Assembly: GCA_001643675.2 (NCBI GenBank)
Contig: LSRY02000008.1
Location: 1,488,001 to 1,552,000, forward strand
Direction of reading: 5' to 3'
Length of the DNA stretch: 64,000 nt
Origin: Monocercomonoides exilis PA203
Taxonomy: Eukaryota > Protista > Preaxostyla
A model generated the notes under the pieces. That model made no database searches. It had not been told where the DNA came from and saw only the letters and a list, made by a program, of their open reading frames with translations. Position numbers and translations under genes: made by a program. This document shows, in pieces, positions 51,545-63,169 of this stretch (position 1 is the stretch's first letter; each line of letters begins with the position of its first letter).

Positions 51545-51687
51545 CCTTCATCTCCTTCATCTCCTTCATCTCCTTCATCTCCTTCATCTCCTTCATCTCC
51601 TTCATCTCCTTCATCTCCTTCATCTCCTTCATCTCCTTCATCTCCTTCATCTCCTTCATCTCCTTCATCTCCTTCATCTCCTTCATC
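51545..51687. repeat. (CCTTCATCT)~16 minisatellite
   Basis: 143 bp of a perfect 9-mer. Confidence 0.95.
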
Positions 51688-52217
51688 CTTTTCATCTTAT
51701 TCATTTCCTTCATCGAATTCTTCTTCGGAATTGTTTTCATGTGCACCTTCTCGACAAATGAAATTACATAAATTTTATCCTTCTTGTCCATTATCATATT
51801 CTTCTTCCTCTTCTTCTCATTCTTCTTCGCCATCATTTAATCCACTTGATTTGTCAATTTCATTTTTTCCTTCTTTTTGCCCTTCTTAACCATCATCATC
51901 TCCTTCTTCTTCTCAACTTCTTCATCTTCTGAGTCGTCCTCGCCTATTTTTGAAAGCACAAGTTGAAGGAGCAATTTAAGCGGAAGCAGAAAGGAGAATG
52001 GAAATGGAATGGTTTTTTTTGGAGAAGCAGAAGAGATACAAAGTTGTTGATTGAATGATGGAAGATGGAGATGAGGGAAATGGGTGCTTTTGCAGAAAAG
52101 AAAAATTATCTGGAAAAGAAGAAAGAAGAAGAACAGAAACAATGAAGAATGGAGATTATTAAAGGCATGAATACAAGTTTTTTTTATTTTTAATAAAAAA
52201 TAACATTTTAACAAAAT

Positions 52218-52249
<32 letters not shown>

Positions 52250-52665
52250 TGTGAAATTAGGATCTTTTTGGAAGAATATCTTCATTGGATAAAAGCGCGA
52301 GGGATGAGGAAAGATGGATTTTGAGGCGATCCAGGAAAGATGGCAGAAGGCGGGAAACGGAATGGGCATAGATGAGTGAGCAAAGGGAAAGATATGAAAT
52401 GGATGGAAAAGGTTGGATTTGCGAAATGGAAAAGGTATTTTGAAAATGGGGAGGGAAAGCGATAAAAGATAGAGAGAAGAGAAATTGAAGAAATGGCAGA
52501 AGGAGAAATTTGAGAAATAATTGAGAAGAAGAAGGTATTTATAAGAAAACAGATTGAAAAGGAATGAAAGGAGGGAAATAAGAGGAAAAAGGAATTTGAA
52601 GATCGAATGTTTTGAGGAGCATTTGAAAAAAAGTTGGAAAAAGGGAAGAGGATGAAAAGTTTGTT

Positions 52666-54525
52666 GTGGGGATGGGGAAGGATGTTGAGGCAGGGGCATT
52701 TGATCTGAGCGGGAGCATTGGGGTGTTGACAAACATCACATTGAAAGGGTGGGGAAGAGGGGGAGAGATCTATTCAGGCAGGCTGTTTGGAGGGAAGGGA
52801 TATGGAAGGGAGAAGAGTGGAGATGAAGAAAAAGGAGGAGAAGGAGGAGAAAGAGAAAGGGGGAGAGGAAGAGAAGGAGATGGATATGGAGAAGGCATTG
52901 AAGGGAGTATTTCGGTGAGCGAATCACACTTCTCTTCTTTTTGTGTCTCATCTGCCCCATTCCTCTCATCCCCTTCAATACCCCTTGTATCCCTCTCTCA
53001 CCTGACATTTTTCAACATATCAACAGCAAATGAGGCATGCTCACCTTCAACCACAATGTCAACCCAAACCACTTGTTTTATGAGCAGTTGCTCATTTTCA
53101 TCGATTTGTGATGCGTATGATGGCGGGATTGTTCCTTCCCTCAACAACCCCTATGCCTCTCTGACTGCCTCAAACACATCATTCATTGGATGTTGCCGAA
53201 CAAGAAATGTTGAATGCATTGGAACTACAGAGGTACCATTGAAACCAGACAGACAGAACGAAACAGAAAATGAAGCAAATTCATTTATTTGGTGTGAATG
53301 GGATGGATCGAGGACAACAGGAGAAAGTGACTCATGGTCTGATGGAATATCGAGTGGTGGGGCCATCTGCATGTTCAGTCAATCAAACGCCTCTGTGTCT
53401 GTTTCTCATTGCTCTTTCAGCAACTGCTATGCTCATTATGCAGGAGGCGGTATAAATTGCTACAACATTAAATCGGTTGAGATTGTGAACAACACATTTG
53501 ATTCTTGTACTGCGCAAAGTTATCGTGGGGGTGGAATTTTCATTTATTTGATTTCATCGTGTGTTCGGATTAGCAAATGTGACTTCCAGAATTGTAAAGC
53601 AAATAATGCAGGAGGAGGACTCTATCTTGAAAATTTTCAGGTTTCAGGATCAGGATGCATTGGAGCTGAAAATGAAGGTGGGGAGAGTGCGTGCGTGTTT
53701 GATTGCAGCTTCACTTCATGTTCACTTACCGGTAATAGTGGTGGGGGCATGTGTTGTTATAATATAGTTCCCCAATTCAAGATGAGGAGCGTTCAGTTCA
53801 TTTCATGTTCTGCAATGGGATATAGAGGAGGGTTTCATTTTAATCCATATAAACAAAATGCACCAGATGATAGGATTTATTGTTTTTTCCTTTTCTTTCA
53901 TGAATGCAAATGCAGGGATGCATCCAATCCATATGGGCATGATTTAGAATTTGCAGATTATTACAATGTTTTTTTGAGCACAGGAAATCCGTTCTTCGAA
54001 TGTTACACAACAAACACAGACGAGAAGAGAGTGTGTTATGCATACAACTACTCGAAAGCAGGTGCCTGGAAATTTGATCAAACAATGAAAAAGATGTGGC
54101 TGAACGAATGGTCGAAGGTTCTGTATGTGGGTGCTAATGGAAGCGACTCGAGTGGGCTGTGTGGGATGGGCAAATCTGCACCTTGCAAGACGGTGGGACA
54201 TGCAGTGGAGACGGGCTTGGAAGAGCTGAGCTCATCAGTCACGCTGATGGAAGGGAATCATGTGAGTGAGGCAACAACAATTGATATCGGATCAAAGGAG
54301 ATTTCGGTCATTGGGAAGGAGAGGGAAACATGTTCGATTGGAGCAGGAGCTTTTTCTTTAGAATTACAATCTTTGTTGCCATATGAATCGACAATGTCAA
54401 TTGTTAACACTTTTCAGGATATCAACTTTGCAAAGGAAACTAGTATACTCATTAAAAAACAATTTTTTTTTCCACCAGCACAATTATTAATGTGGGAATA
54501 TTTAATATTTTTCATCTATGATTAA
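52666..54525 (+). CDS. Cassette H: longest open copy, with the 5' junction intact
   Basis: 619 aa ORF. It reads in frame through ...EGSISVSESHFSSFCVSSAPFLSSPSIPLVSLSHLTFFNIST. Confidence 0.72.
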   Translation: MGMGKDVEAGAFDLSGSIGVLTNITLKGWGRGGEIYSGRLFGGKGYGREKSGDEEKGGEGGERERGRGREGDGYGEGIEGSISVSESHFSSFCVSSAPFLSSPSIPLVSLSHLTFFNISTANEACSPSTTMSTQTTCFMSSCSFSSICDAYDGGIVPSLNNPYASLTASNTSFIGCCRTRNVECIGTTEVPLKPDRQNETENEANSFIWCEWDGSRTTGESDSWSDGISSGGAICMFSQSNASVSVSHCSFSNCYAHYAGGGINCYNIKSVEIVNNTFDSCTAQSYRGGGIFIYLISSCVRISKCDFQNCKANNAGGGLYLENFQVSGSGCIGAENEGGESACVFDCSFTSCSLTGNSGGGMCCYNIVPQFKMRSVQFISCSAMGYRGGFHFNPYKQNAPDDRIYCFFLFFHECKCRDASNPYGHDLEFADYYNVFLSTGNPFFECYTTNTDEKRVCYAYNYSKAGAWKFDQTMKKMWLNEWSKVLYVGANGSDSSGLCGMGKSAPCKTVGHAVETGLEELSSSVTLMEGNHVSEATTIDIGSKEISVIGKERETCSIGAGAFSLELQSLLPYESTMSIVNTFQDINFAKETSILIKKQFFFPPAQLLMWEYLIFFIYD

Positions 54526-55581
54526 AAAAATTTAACAAATAAGTACAGTGAACGATGATGAACTATTCATCATATTGCCTTCTCATTTTTCGAGTTTGCT
54601 CATGACTTAGTGTGATGTTTTTAAAATCGATTTGATTTGTTGGAAATATTATGATTACGAATAGAATCTCCCAAACGAATTATTCTGTTGGAAATTCAAA
54701 CGATTCTTTGAATTTGTTCTGTTTAAAATGAAAACACCATTTTTTAGAATAGAAAAATTTGTTAATTTCACAAAAACGAAAGAATATTTAATTATATTCA
54801 ATTTTTCATACACCAAAAATTATTCTTAAAACAAATAGATGCGAACTAAATCGAAATATTTTAAATCGATATTTAAATTTAATTTAAATAAAAATAAATG
54901 TTTGATAAATAATATTAAATTGAAGATAAATATTACTTGTTTGTTTTTGTGAATATTTTTCGCAATGTTTGCGTTGTTGTTTTCTGCGAATTTTGGAAAT
55001 TTCGAACCAAAATAATATTAAAAATAAACTCAAAACAAAATTCAAAACATTTGTTTTCTTCAGTAAGAAATGATGATTTTTTAAATTTAAAAAGGAAAAA
55101 TGAAAAAAGAGAATCCTATGTTTATCATTCTTTATAATATTTGCTTAAAAACCATCCTTTACTTTTTCAATTAATTGAGAAATAGTGTGCTTTCAATTCA
55201 GATGAGATGAAAATGTATCAGAATTTGTCTCAAATACCTGTTTTGCAATTGTTTAAAAGGAAGAACAAAAAAAAAATTGGGAAAGAGATGAAAAAATGTT
55301 GAAATAATAAACTTCATTCAAATTTCAACAACGAAAATGTTTTGGTCACTGCACAACATTCGACCGTTAATAAAATTCAATGTGGATGATTATAACGTAA
55401 TTGTTAACTGTTTTATAAAGTTATTCTTCCATTCTTTTGTGATGAAACTTTCATTTTTGAATGAATCAAATTACAGATATCGCGTTAAATACCGGACGTC
55501 GCATAAAAATAACGGACAAGATCGATTTCACAATAACTGAAAGAGAAATAATTCTGACAATATTCCTCAAAATATATCTCA

Positions 55582-55764
55582 ATGATACAAACTCATTAGA
55601 TAAACGAGACTTTCAAAACAGCTTCATTGGTGCTCAGAAAAAAATAATTTATAATATCTCAGAGAAACTCAAAATCCTGTTTCTCCGAAATTTCAAGAAT
55701 TGATATATCTGAGCACAAACGAGTAAATAATAAGAGTTATGAATATCAATAGAGTTTGCATTGA
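55582..55764. other. Imperfect hairpin centre of P3
   Basis: On-axis stems caaactc/gagtttg, gtgctcaga (55630-55638)/tctgagcac (55708-55716) and gagaaac (55662-55668)/gtttctc (55679-55685), closing a 10-nt loop tcaaaatcct. Confidence 0.9.
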
Positions 55765-56819
55765 TGAGATATATTTTGAGGAATATTGTCAGAATTATTT
55801 CTCTTTCAGTTATTGTGAAATCGATCTTGTCCGTTATTTTTATGCGACGTCCGGTATTTAACGCGATATCTGTAATTTGATTCATTCAAAAATGAAAGTT
55901 TCATCACAAAAGAATGGAAGAATAACTTTATAAAACAGTTAACAATTACGTTATAATCATCCACATTGAATTTTATTAACGGTCGAATGTTGTGCAGTGA
56001 CCAAAACATTTTCGTTGTTGAAATTTGAATGAAGTTTATTATTTCAACATTTTTTCATCTCTTTCCCAATTTTTTTTTTGTTCTTCCTTTTAAACAATTG
56101 CAAAACAGGTATTTGAGACAAATTCTGATACATTTTCATCTCATCTGAATTGAAAGCACACTATTTCTCAATTAATTGAAAAAGTAAAGGATGGTTTTTA
56201 AGCAAATATTATAAAGAATGATAAACATAGGATTCTCTTTTTTCATTTTTCCTTTTTAAATTTAAAAAATCATCATTTCTTACTGAAGAAAACAAATGTT
56301 TTGAATTTTGTTTTGAGTTTATTTTTAATATTATTTTGGTTCGAAATTTCCAAAATTCGCAGAAAACAACAACGCAAACATTGCGAAAAATATTCACAAA
56401 AACAAACAAGTAATATTTATCTTCAATTTAATATTATTTATCAAACATTTATTTTTATTTAAATTAAATTTAAATATCGATTTAAAATATTTCGATTTAG
56501 TTCGCATCTATTTGTTTTAAGAATAATTTTTGGTGTATGAAAAATTGAATATAATTAAATATTCTTTCGTTTTTGTGAAATTAACAAATTTTTCTATTCT
56601 AAAAATGGTGTTTTCATTTTAAACAGAACAAATTCAAAGAATCGTTTGAATTTCCAACAGAATAATTCGTTTGGGAGATTCTATTCGTAATCATAATATT
56701 TCCAACAAATCAAATCGATTTTAAAAACATCACACTAAGTCATGAGCAAACTCGAAAAATGAGAAGGCAATATGATGAATAGTTCATCATCGTTCACTGT
56801 ACTTATTTGTTAAATTTTT

Positions 56820-58679
56820 TTAATCATAGATGAAAAATATTAAATATTCCCACATTAATAATTGTGCTGGTGGAAAAAAAAATTGTTTTTTAATGAGTAT
56901 ACTAGTTTCCTTTGCAAAGTTGATATCCTGAAAAGTGTTAACAATTGACATTGTCGATTCATATGGCAACAAAGATTGTAATTCTAAAGAAAAAGCTCCT
57001 GCTCCAATCGAACATGTTTCCCTCTCCTTCCCAATGACCGAAATCTCCTTTGATCCGATATCAATTGTTGTTGCCTCACTCACATGATTCCCTTCCATCA
57101 GCGTGACTGATGAGCTCAGCTCTTCCAAGCCCGTCTCCACTGCATGTCCCACCGTCTTGCAAGGTGCAGATTTGCCCATCCCACACAGCCCACTCGAGTC
57201 GCTTCCATTAGCACCCACATACAGAACCTTCGACCATTCGTTCAGCCACATCTTTTTCATTGTTTGATCAAATTTCCAGGCACCTGCTTTCGAGTAGTTG
57301 TATGCATAACACACTCTCTTCTCGTCTGTGTTTGTTGTGTAACATTCGAAGAACGGATTTCCTGTGCTCAAAAAAACATTGTAATAATCTGCAAATTCTA
57401 AATCATGCCCATATGGATTGGATGCATCCCTGCATTTGCATTCATGAAAGAAAAGGAAAAAACAATAAATCCTATCATCTGGTGCATTTTGTTTATATGG
57501 ATTAAAATGAAACCCTCCTCCATATCCCATTGCAGAACATGAAATGAACTGAACGCTCCTCATCTTGAATTGGGGAACTATATTATAACAACACATGCCC
57601 CCACCACTATTACCGGTAAGTGAACATGAAGTGAAGCTGCAATCAAACACGCACGCACTCTCCCCACCTTCATTTTCAGCTCCAATGCATCCTGATCCTG
57701 AAACCTGAAAATTTTCAAGATAGAGTCCTCCTCCTGCATTATTTGCTTTACAATTCTGGAAGTCACATTTGCTAATCCGAACACACGATGAAATCAAATA
57801 AATGAAAATTCCACCCCCACGATAACTTTGCGCAGTACAAGAATCAAATGTGTTGTTCACAATCTCAACCGATTTAATGTTGTAGCAATTTATACCGCCT
57901 CCTGCATAATGAGCATAGCAGTTGCTGAAAGAGCAATGAGAAACAGACACAGAGGCGTTTGATTGACTGAACATGCAGATGGCCCCACCACTCGATATTC
58001 CATCAGACCATGAGTCACTTTCTCCTGTTGTCCTCGATCCATCCCATTCACACCAAATAAATGAATTTGCTCCATTGAATGTTTCGTTCTGTCTGTCTGG
58101 TTTCAATGGTACCTCTGTAGTTCCAATGCATTCAACATTTCTTGTTCGGCAACATCCAATGAATGATGTGTTTGAGGCAGTCAGAGAGGCATAGGGGTTG
58201 TTGAGGGAAGGAACAATCCCGCCATCATACGCATCACAAATCGATGAAAATGAGCAACTGCTCATAAAACAAGTGGTTTGGGTTGACATTGTGGTTGAAG
58301 GTGAGCATGCCTCATTTGCTGTTGATATGTTGAAAAATGTCAGGTGAGAGAGGGATACAAGGGGTATTGAAGGGGATGAGAGGAATGGGGCAGATGAGAC
58401 ACAAAAAGAAGAGAAGTGTGATTCGCTCACCGAAATACTCCCTTCAATGCCTTCTCCATATCCATCTCCTTCTCTTCCTCTCCCCCTTTCTCTTTCTCCT
58501 CCTTCTCCTCCTTTTTCTTCATCTCCACTCTTCTCCCTTCCATATCCCTTCCCTCCAAACAGCCTGCCTGAATAGATCTCTCCCCCTCTTCCCCACCCTT
58601 TCAATGTGATGTTTGTCAACACCCCAATGCTCCCGCTCAGATCAAATGCCCCTGCCTCAACATCCTTCCCCATCCCCAC
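56820..58679 (-). CDS. Cassette H' (mirror of H)
   Basis: 619 aa; differs from H at ENE/FNG and one R/G. Confidence 0.72.
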   Translation of the reverse strand: MGMGKDVEAGAFDLSGSIGVLTNITLKGWGRGGEIYSGRLFGGKGYGREKSGDEEKGGEGGERERGRGREGDGYGEGIEGSISVSESHFSSFCVSSAPFLSSPSIPLVSLSHLTFFNISTANEACSPSTTMSTQTTCFMSSCSFSSICDAYDGGIVPSLNNPYASLTASNTSFIGCCRTRNVECIGTTEVPLKPDRQNETFNGANSFIWCEWDGSRTTGESDSWSDGISSGGAICMFSQSNASVSVSHCSFSNCYAHYAGGGINCYNIKSVEIVNNTFDSCTAQSYRGGGIFIYLISSCVRISKCDFQNCKANNAGGGLYLENFQVSGSGCIGAENEGGESACVFDCSFTSCSLTGNSGGGMCCYNIVPQFKMRSVQFISCSAMGYGGGFHFNPYKQNAPDDRIYCFFLFFHECKCRDASNPYGHDLEFADYYNVFLSTGNPFFECYTTNTDEKRVCYAYNYSKAGAWKFDQTMKKMWLNEWSKVLYVGANGSDSSGLCGMGKSAPCKTVGHAVETGLEELSSSVTLMEGNHVSEATTIDIGSKEISVIGKERETCSIGAGAFSLELQSLLPYESTMSIVNTFQDINFAKETSILIKKQFFFPPAQLLMWEYLIFFIYD

Positions 58680-59095
58680 AACAAACTTTTCATCCTCTTC
58701 CCTTTTTCCAACTTTTTTTCAAATGCTCCTCAAAACATTCGATCTTCAAATTCCTTTTTCCTCTTATTTCCCTCCTTTCATTCCTTTTCAATCTGTTTTC
58801 TTATAAATACCTTCTTCTTCTCAATTATTTCTCAAATTTCTCCTTCTGCCATTTCTTCAATTTCTCTTCTCTCTATCTTTTATCGCTTTCCCTCCCCATT
58901 TTCAAAATACCTTTTCCATTTCGCAAATCCAACCTTTTCCATCCATTTCATATCTTTCCCTTTGCTCACTCATCTATGCCCATTCCGTTTCCCGCCTTCT
59001 GCCATCTTTCCTGGATCGCCTCAAAATCCATCTTTCCTCATCCCTCGCGCTTTTATCCAATGAAGATATTCTTCCAAAAAGATCCTAATTTCACA

Positions 59096-59127
<32 letters not shown>

Positions 59128-59658
59128 ATTTTGTTAAAATGTTATTTTTTATTAAAAATAAAAAAAACTTGTATTCATGCCTTTAATAATCTCCATTCTT
59201 CATTGTTTCTGTTCTTCTTCTTTCTTCTTTTCCAGATAATTTTTCTTTTCTGCAAAAGCACCCATTTCCCTCATCTCCATCTTCCATCATTCAATCAACA
59301 ACTTTGTATCTCTTCTGCTTCTCCAAAAAAAACCATTCCATTTCCATTCTCCTGTTCTGCTTCCGCTTAAATTGCTCCTTCAACTTGTGCTTTCAAAAAT
59401 AGGCGAGGACGACTCAGAAGATGAAGAAGTTGAGAAGAAGAAGGAGATGATGATGGTTAAGAAGGGCAAAAAGAAGGAAAAAATGAAATTGACAAATCAA
59501 GTGGATTAAATGATGGCGAAGAAGAATGAGAAGAAGAGGAAGAAGAATATGATAATGGACAAGAAGGATAAAATTTATGTAATTTCATTTGTCGAGAAGG
59601 TGCACATGAAAACAATTCCGAAGAAGAATTCGATGAAGGAAATGAATAAGATGAAAAG

Positions 59659-59774
59659 GATGAAGGAGATGAAGGAGATGAAGGAGATGAAGGAGATGAA
59701 GGAGATGAAGGAGATGAAGGAGATGAAGGAGATGAAGGAGATGAAGGAGATGAAGGAGATGAAGGAGATGAAGG
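59659..59774. repeat. (GATGAAGGA)~13 minisatellite, mirror of 51545-51687
   Basis: 116 bp, three units shorter than its mirror. Confidence 0.95.
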
Positions 59775-62700
59775 CAAAGATGATGTGGAAGAAAAAAAAG
59801 AAGAAATAGAAGAAAGATATACATGGAATTATATTACTATCTTGATAAATAGGGAGAAGTTCGTGATGAAGATGATAAGAAAGACAGCAATAACGATAAT
59901 TAGAATGGAAAAGGAGAGGAAGAATAGGAATGAAGAATAGGAACAAATTGCTGCAATTGTCAATGTGAAAGATGATGCAACATATAAGTGAGATGCAAAG
60001 TGGAGTGGCACATGGGGAACAAGAGCTAATTGAACGGGACATCTGCAGAGAGGAGCAGAGCCCAAATGAAAATGAAGAAAAAAAAACACAAAGACGAAAA
60101 CAACAAATACAACGAAGAAGAAGAAGAAGAAGATGATGATGATGATGATGATGATGATGTTGATGTTGATGATGATAACAAAAATATTGATGTTGATGTT
60201 AATGACTACGGCTATTGGATTGGCCGAATGGCGCAGCATGCGAAGGGGAATGCTGCTTGCTCTGAAACGGAAGTGCCGTTGGATCACTTGGACAAGCAGC
60301 GCTGACAATCCATCTGCGGCAATGCCAACCGCTGCCGCTGCCGCTGCCGCTGCAGATGTTGCAGCTGCAGATGTTGCTGCTGCAGATGCCAATGCCCGAC
60401 CAGACGATGCCAGACATGTCACAGGCACAAGCGAACAAGACGCTCGTTGAGAATGTGTCTTCCTCAACAAATAACAACAGCGATAGCATGACAATGAGAA
60501 AGAGAAAGAGAAAGATGAAGAAGATGAAGAAGAAATAGACGACAACGATCGGCAGATTGAAGCAGACGAAATGGGGATGCCGAGGAAGGAAGGGATGCTC
60601 ATCTTTCTGTGTTTGAAGGACATTGCTCTTCGGCCTGCGTGATTGGAAGGCATCAAATGCCAACGAGATCGCGGATGAGGAAGATAAACCCTGATGAAAA
60701 CGAAGAGAATGAGTTGGCTGTGCTTCAACAGCGAAGAGGAGGAAGATGGATGGAAATGTTGCCATTCATTCATCGATGCTCACGATGCAGATGACAATGC
60801 TTCTGAAATGCATTCTCTGATGCTCAACGCACAAAATCCAAATAACCGTGCACAAACATAGAAGCTGAGCAAAACAACAGCTTTGTTGAAAAACAAACGA
60901 TGAAAACAAAACCCATCGAATTCTCTTTCATTGGCTGTGGCGTCGAAGAAAGCAAACTTCGAATGATAATCACATTGCTCACTCAAAATGGCTGCCTCTT
61001 CGAAGAATGAAATCCAAAAGCGTTTGGCCTGAATGTTGTTCGACTGCCAACAAATATTCGACAATTGGATGTCTCGTAGTTGGCGTTTCTCCACTCTTTT
61101 GAAGCAAAAGCGGAATCACAAATAGAATTTCGCAGCCTTCCATGGCTGCCTGGCACAGTCCGAGAAGCAGGAAAGTCTTATAAATAAAACTGATATTTTG
61201 GGGCTCTGCTTTTTTCCATTGAATTCTTGCCTTTTTTTTTGTGATTAATATCCTTCCCTCGATATTGCCTGCCACTTTCCTTTCCAAAAAAAATACCCCA
61301 AACTGCTCTCCCTGCCTAACATTCCAAAATGATATATAATATTGTGCAGATTTTGTCCTTCGCAGAATTCCATCCAGAAATCTTCATTCAACAAAACTTC
61401 AGTTGAATTTGTTTTCACCTCTTGCACCAAATAAAAATTTATAAAAATCATGTATCTTCCATAACTTCATTTGATTCCCAATGTCTATATAATAATCTGC
61501 TCCGTTCTCATCGCATTGCTCCACAAAGCGGAGATTGGCCATTTCAACAATAATTCGGATTCCTGCACTTTGGAAAGGATACAGATGGAAATATCTTCAC
61601 AATCAATAGAACAATATAAATTACATACATTATGTCTTTTTGTGTTTTGATGAAATTGTTGTGTTCCCCTTGGCCATCCAATTACCAACAATCATCAGGC
61701 AGAATTTCAGAATTTTTGCATCTCCACCATTGTCTGTTGTCACACAGGAAATAATATTCTTAGTTCTACAGGTAATGTTCACTCACGGATTTCTCATTCT
61801 GTGAATGGAATATTCCAGTTCTTTCGAATCTGATGATCACTGAATCCATTACAAAAAAGACTCAAACCAACAAATCATTTTATTATTTTCTTTTTCTCGT
61901 CAATGGTTGAGTGAAAATGGACGTGGTTGAGAGGGGTGTGTGGAAACAAAAAATAAACTTGTTTTGGGGGATATTTGTTCATTTTCTGAATTTCATGTGT
62001 TTGGCAGTGTTTGATTTCTAAGCGAGATTGTTTGTGGGGAGCAGGGTTCAGCTTGTGGCTGATCAGAGAAGCGGATGCGCACAAGGGAAAATGGTGCTTG
62101 CAGCAGCTGTGTTTGATGGGATGATTTTTCAGCAGTTCGTTTTTTGGAAAAGAAAGGCGAGCGTGGGAAACAATGTTTGTGAGAAGGAGCAGGAAAAGGG
62201 AGGGGAATGGAGAATGTGGAGCGGAGTGCCTGTTTAGTGGAGGAACACATTGCAGCTGGGATTTATATACACATATATTTTATTTTGAAGGAGGAGACAA
62301 AAGCGAGTTGGATGATGTATTTTGGGAGCTGATGGGTGGGGATGTTTGGGGATGCAGTCATGCTCATCTGGGCAGTCGAGGCAGCACAGGAAAGGGAATG
62401 TGCGATTGCTTTGTGAGCCTTTCGGGGCGTAGGAGGAGACAGGTTTGGTGATTTGTTTCATGAGAATTTATATATTTTATATTTAATTTTATTTTTCTTT
62501 ATTGAGGATATTGAGTGAATTGCCGAAAGATGCATGGAAAGCCATCACATGTTGTCTGAGGAGCGCAGATTGTTTTTATAGCTTTGCTTGAAGAATGAGA
62601 GGAGGAAGAGAAATATTTCATATTTTTTGGATTGAGGGTTGGATGGAGGAAGATGGGAAGAGAAGAATGGTGAGAGTGAGGTTGAATGGGCAATGGAAGA

Positions 62701-63169
62701 GCGGGTGAGAACAACATTTAATTTTACTTTATTTGGAATTGAGTTTGAAAGGCGAAGGCGTGGTGTGGTGTGGTGCTTGGAGTGGATGATGTTGGGGCGA
62801 GAGGTATTTGGAGAGAGGCAAACAGGGGAAGAGGGGAGTGAAGGGAAATGAAGAATTGTGGAGGTATTTTATTCTTGTTTGTTCATTTTCTTCATGTTCC
62901 ATTTTTTATTTATATTTGCATATTTTAATTTGATTGATGTGTAATGCGATCAGGTGTTGTCAGAAGCGCTTGGGGAGCATGAAGCATGGGACATGGAAAC
63001 AGAACTTTTTTCTGGGACATTCCTGGAAGAAATTGGGAGAAAACAGCAGCAGAAGATATTTGGCAGAATGATCCAGGCGGAAAAAATGGAGCGAACGGGA
63101 AAAGAAATTTTTGTGAATATTTTTTTTAACAAAAATCTTTTCGGAAGCAGCAGCAGAAGAGGCAGGAAA

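Noticed and set aside
51139-51889. ORFs with SPS, LHL, ISF and MKE repeats
   Set aside because: These are products of a stop-free 9-mer minisatellite; the flanking DEG frame is interrupted by stops.
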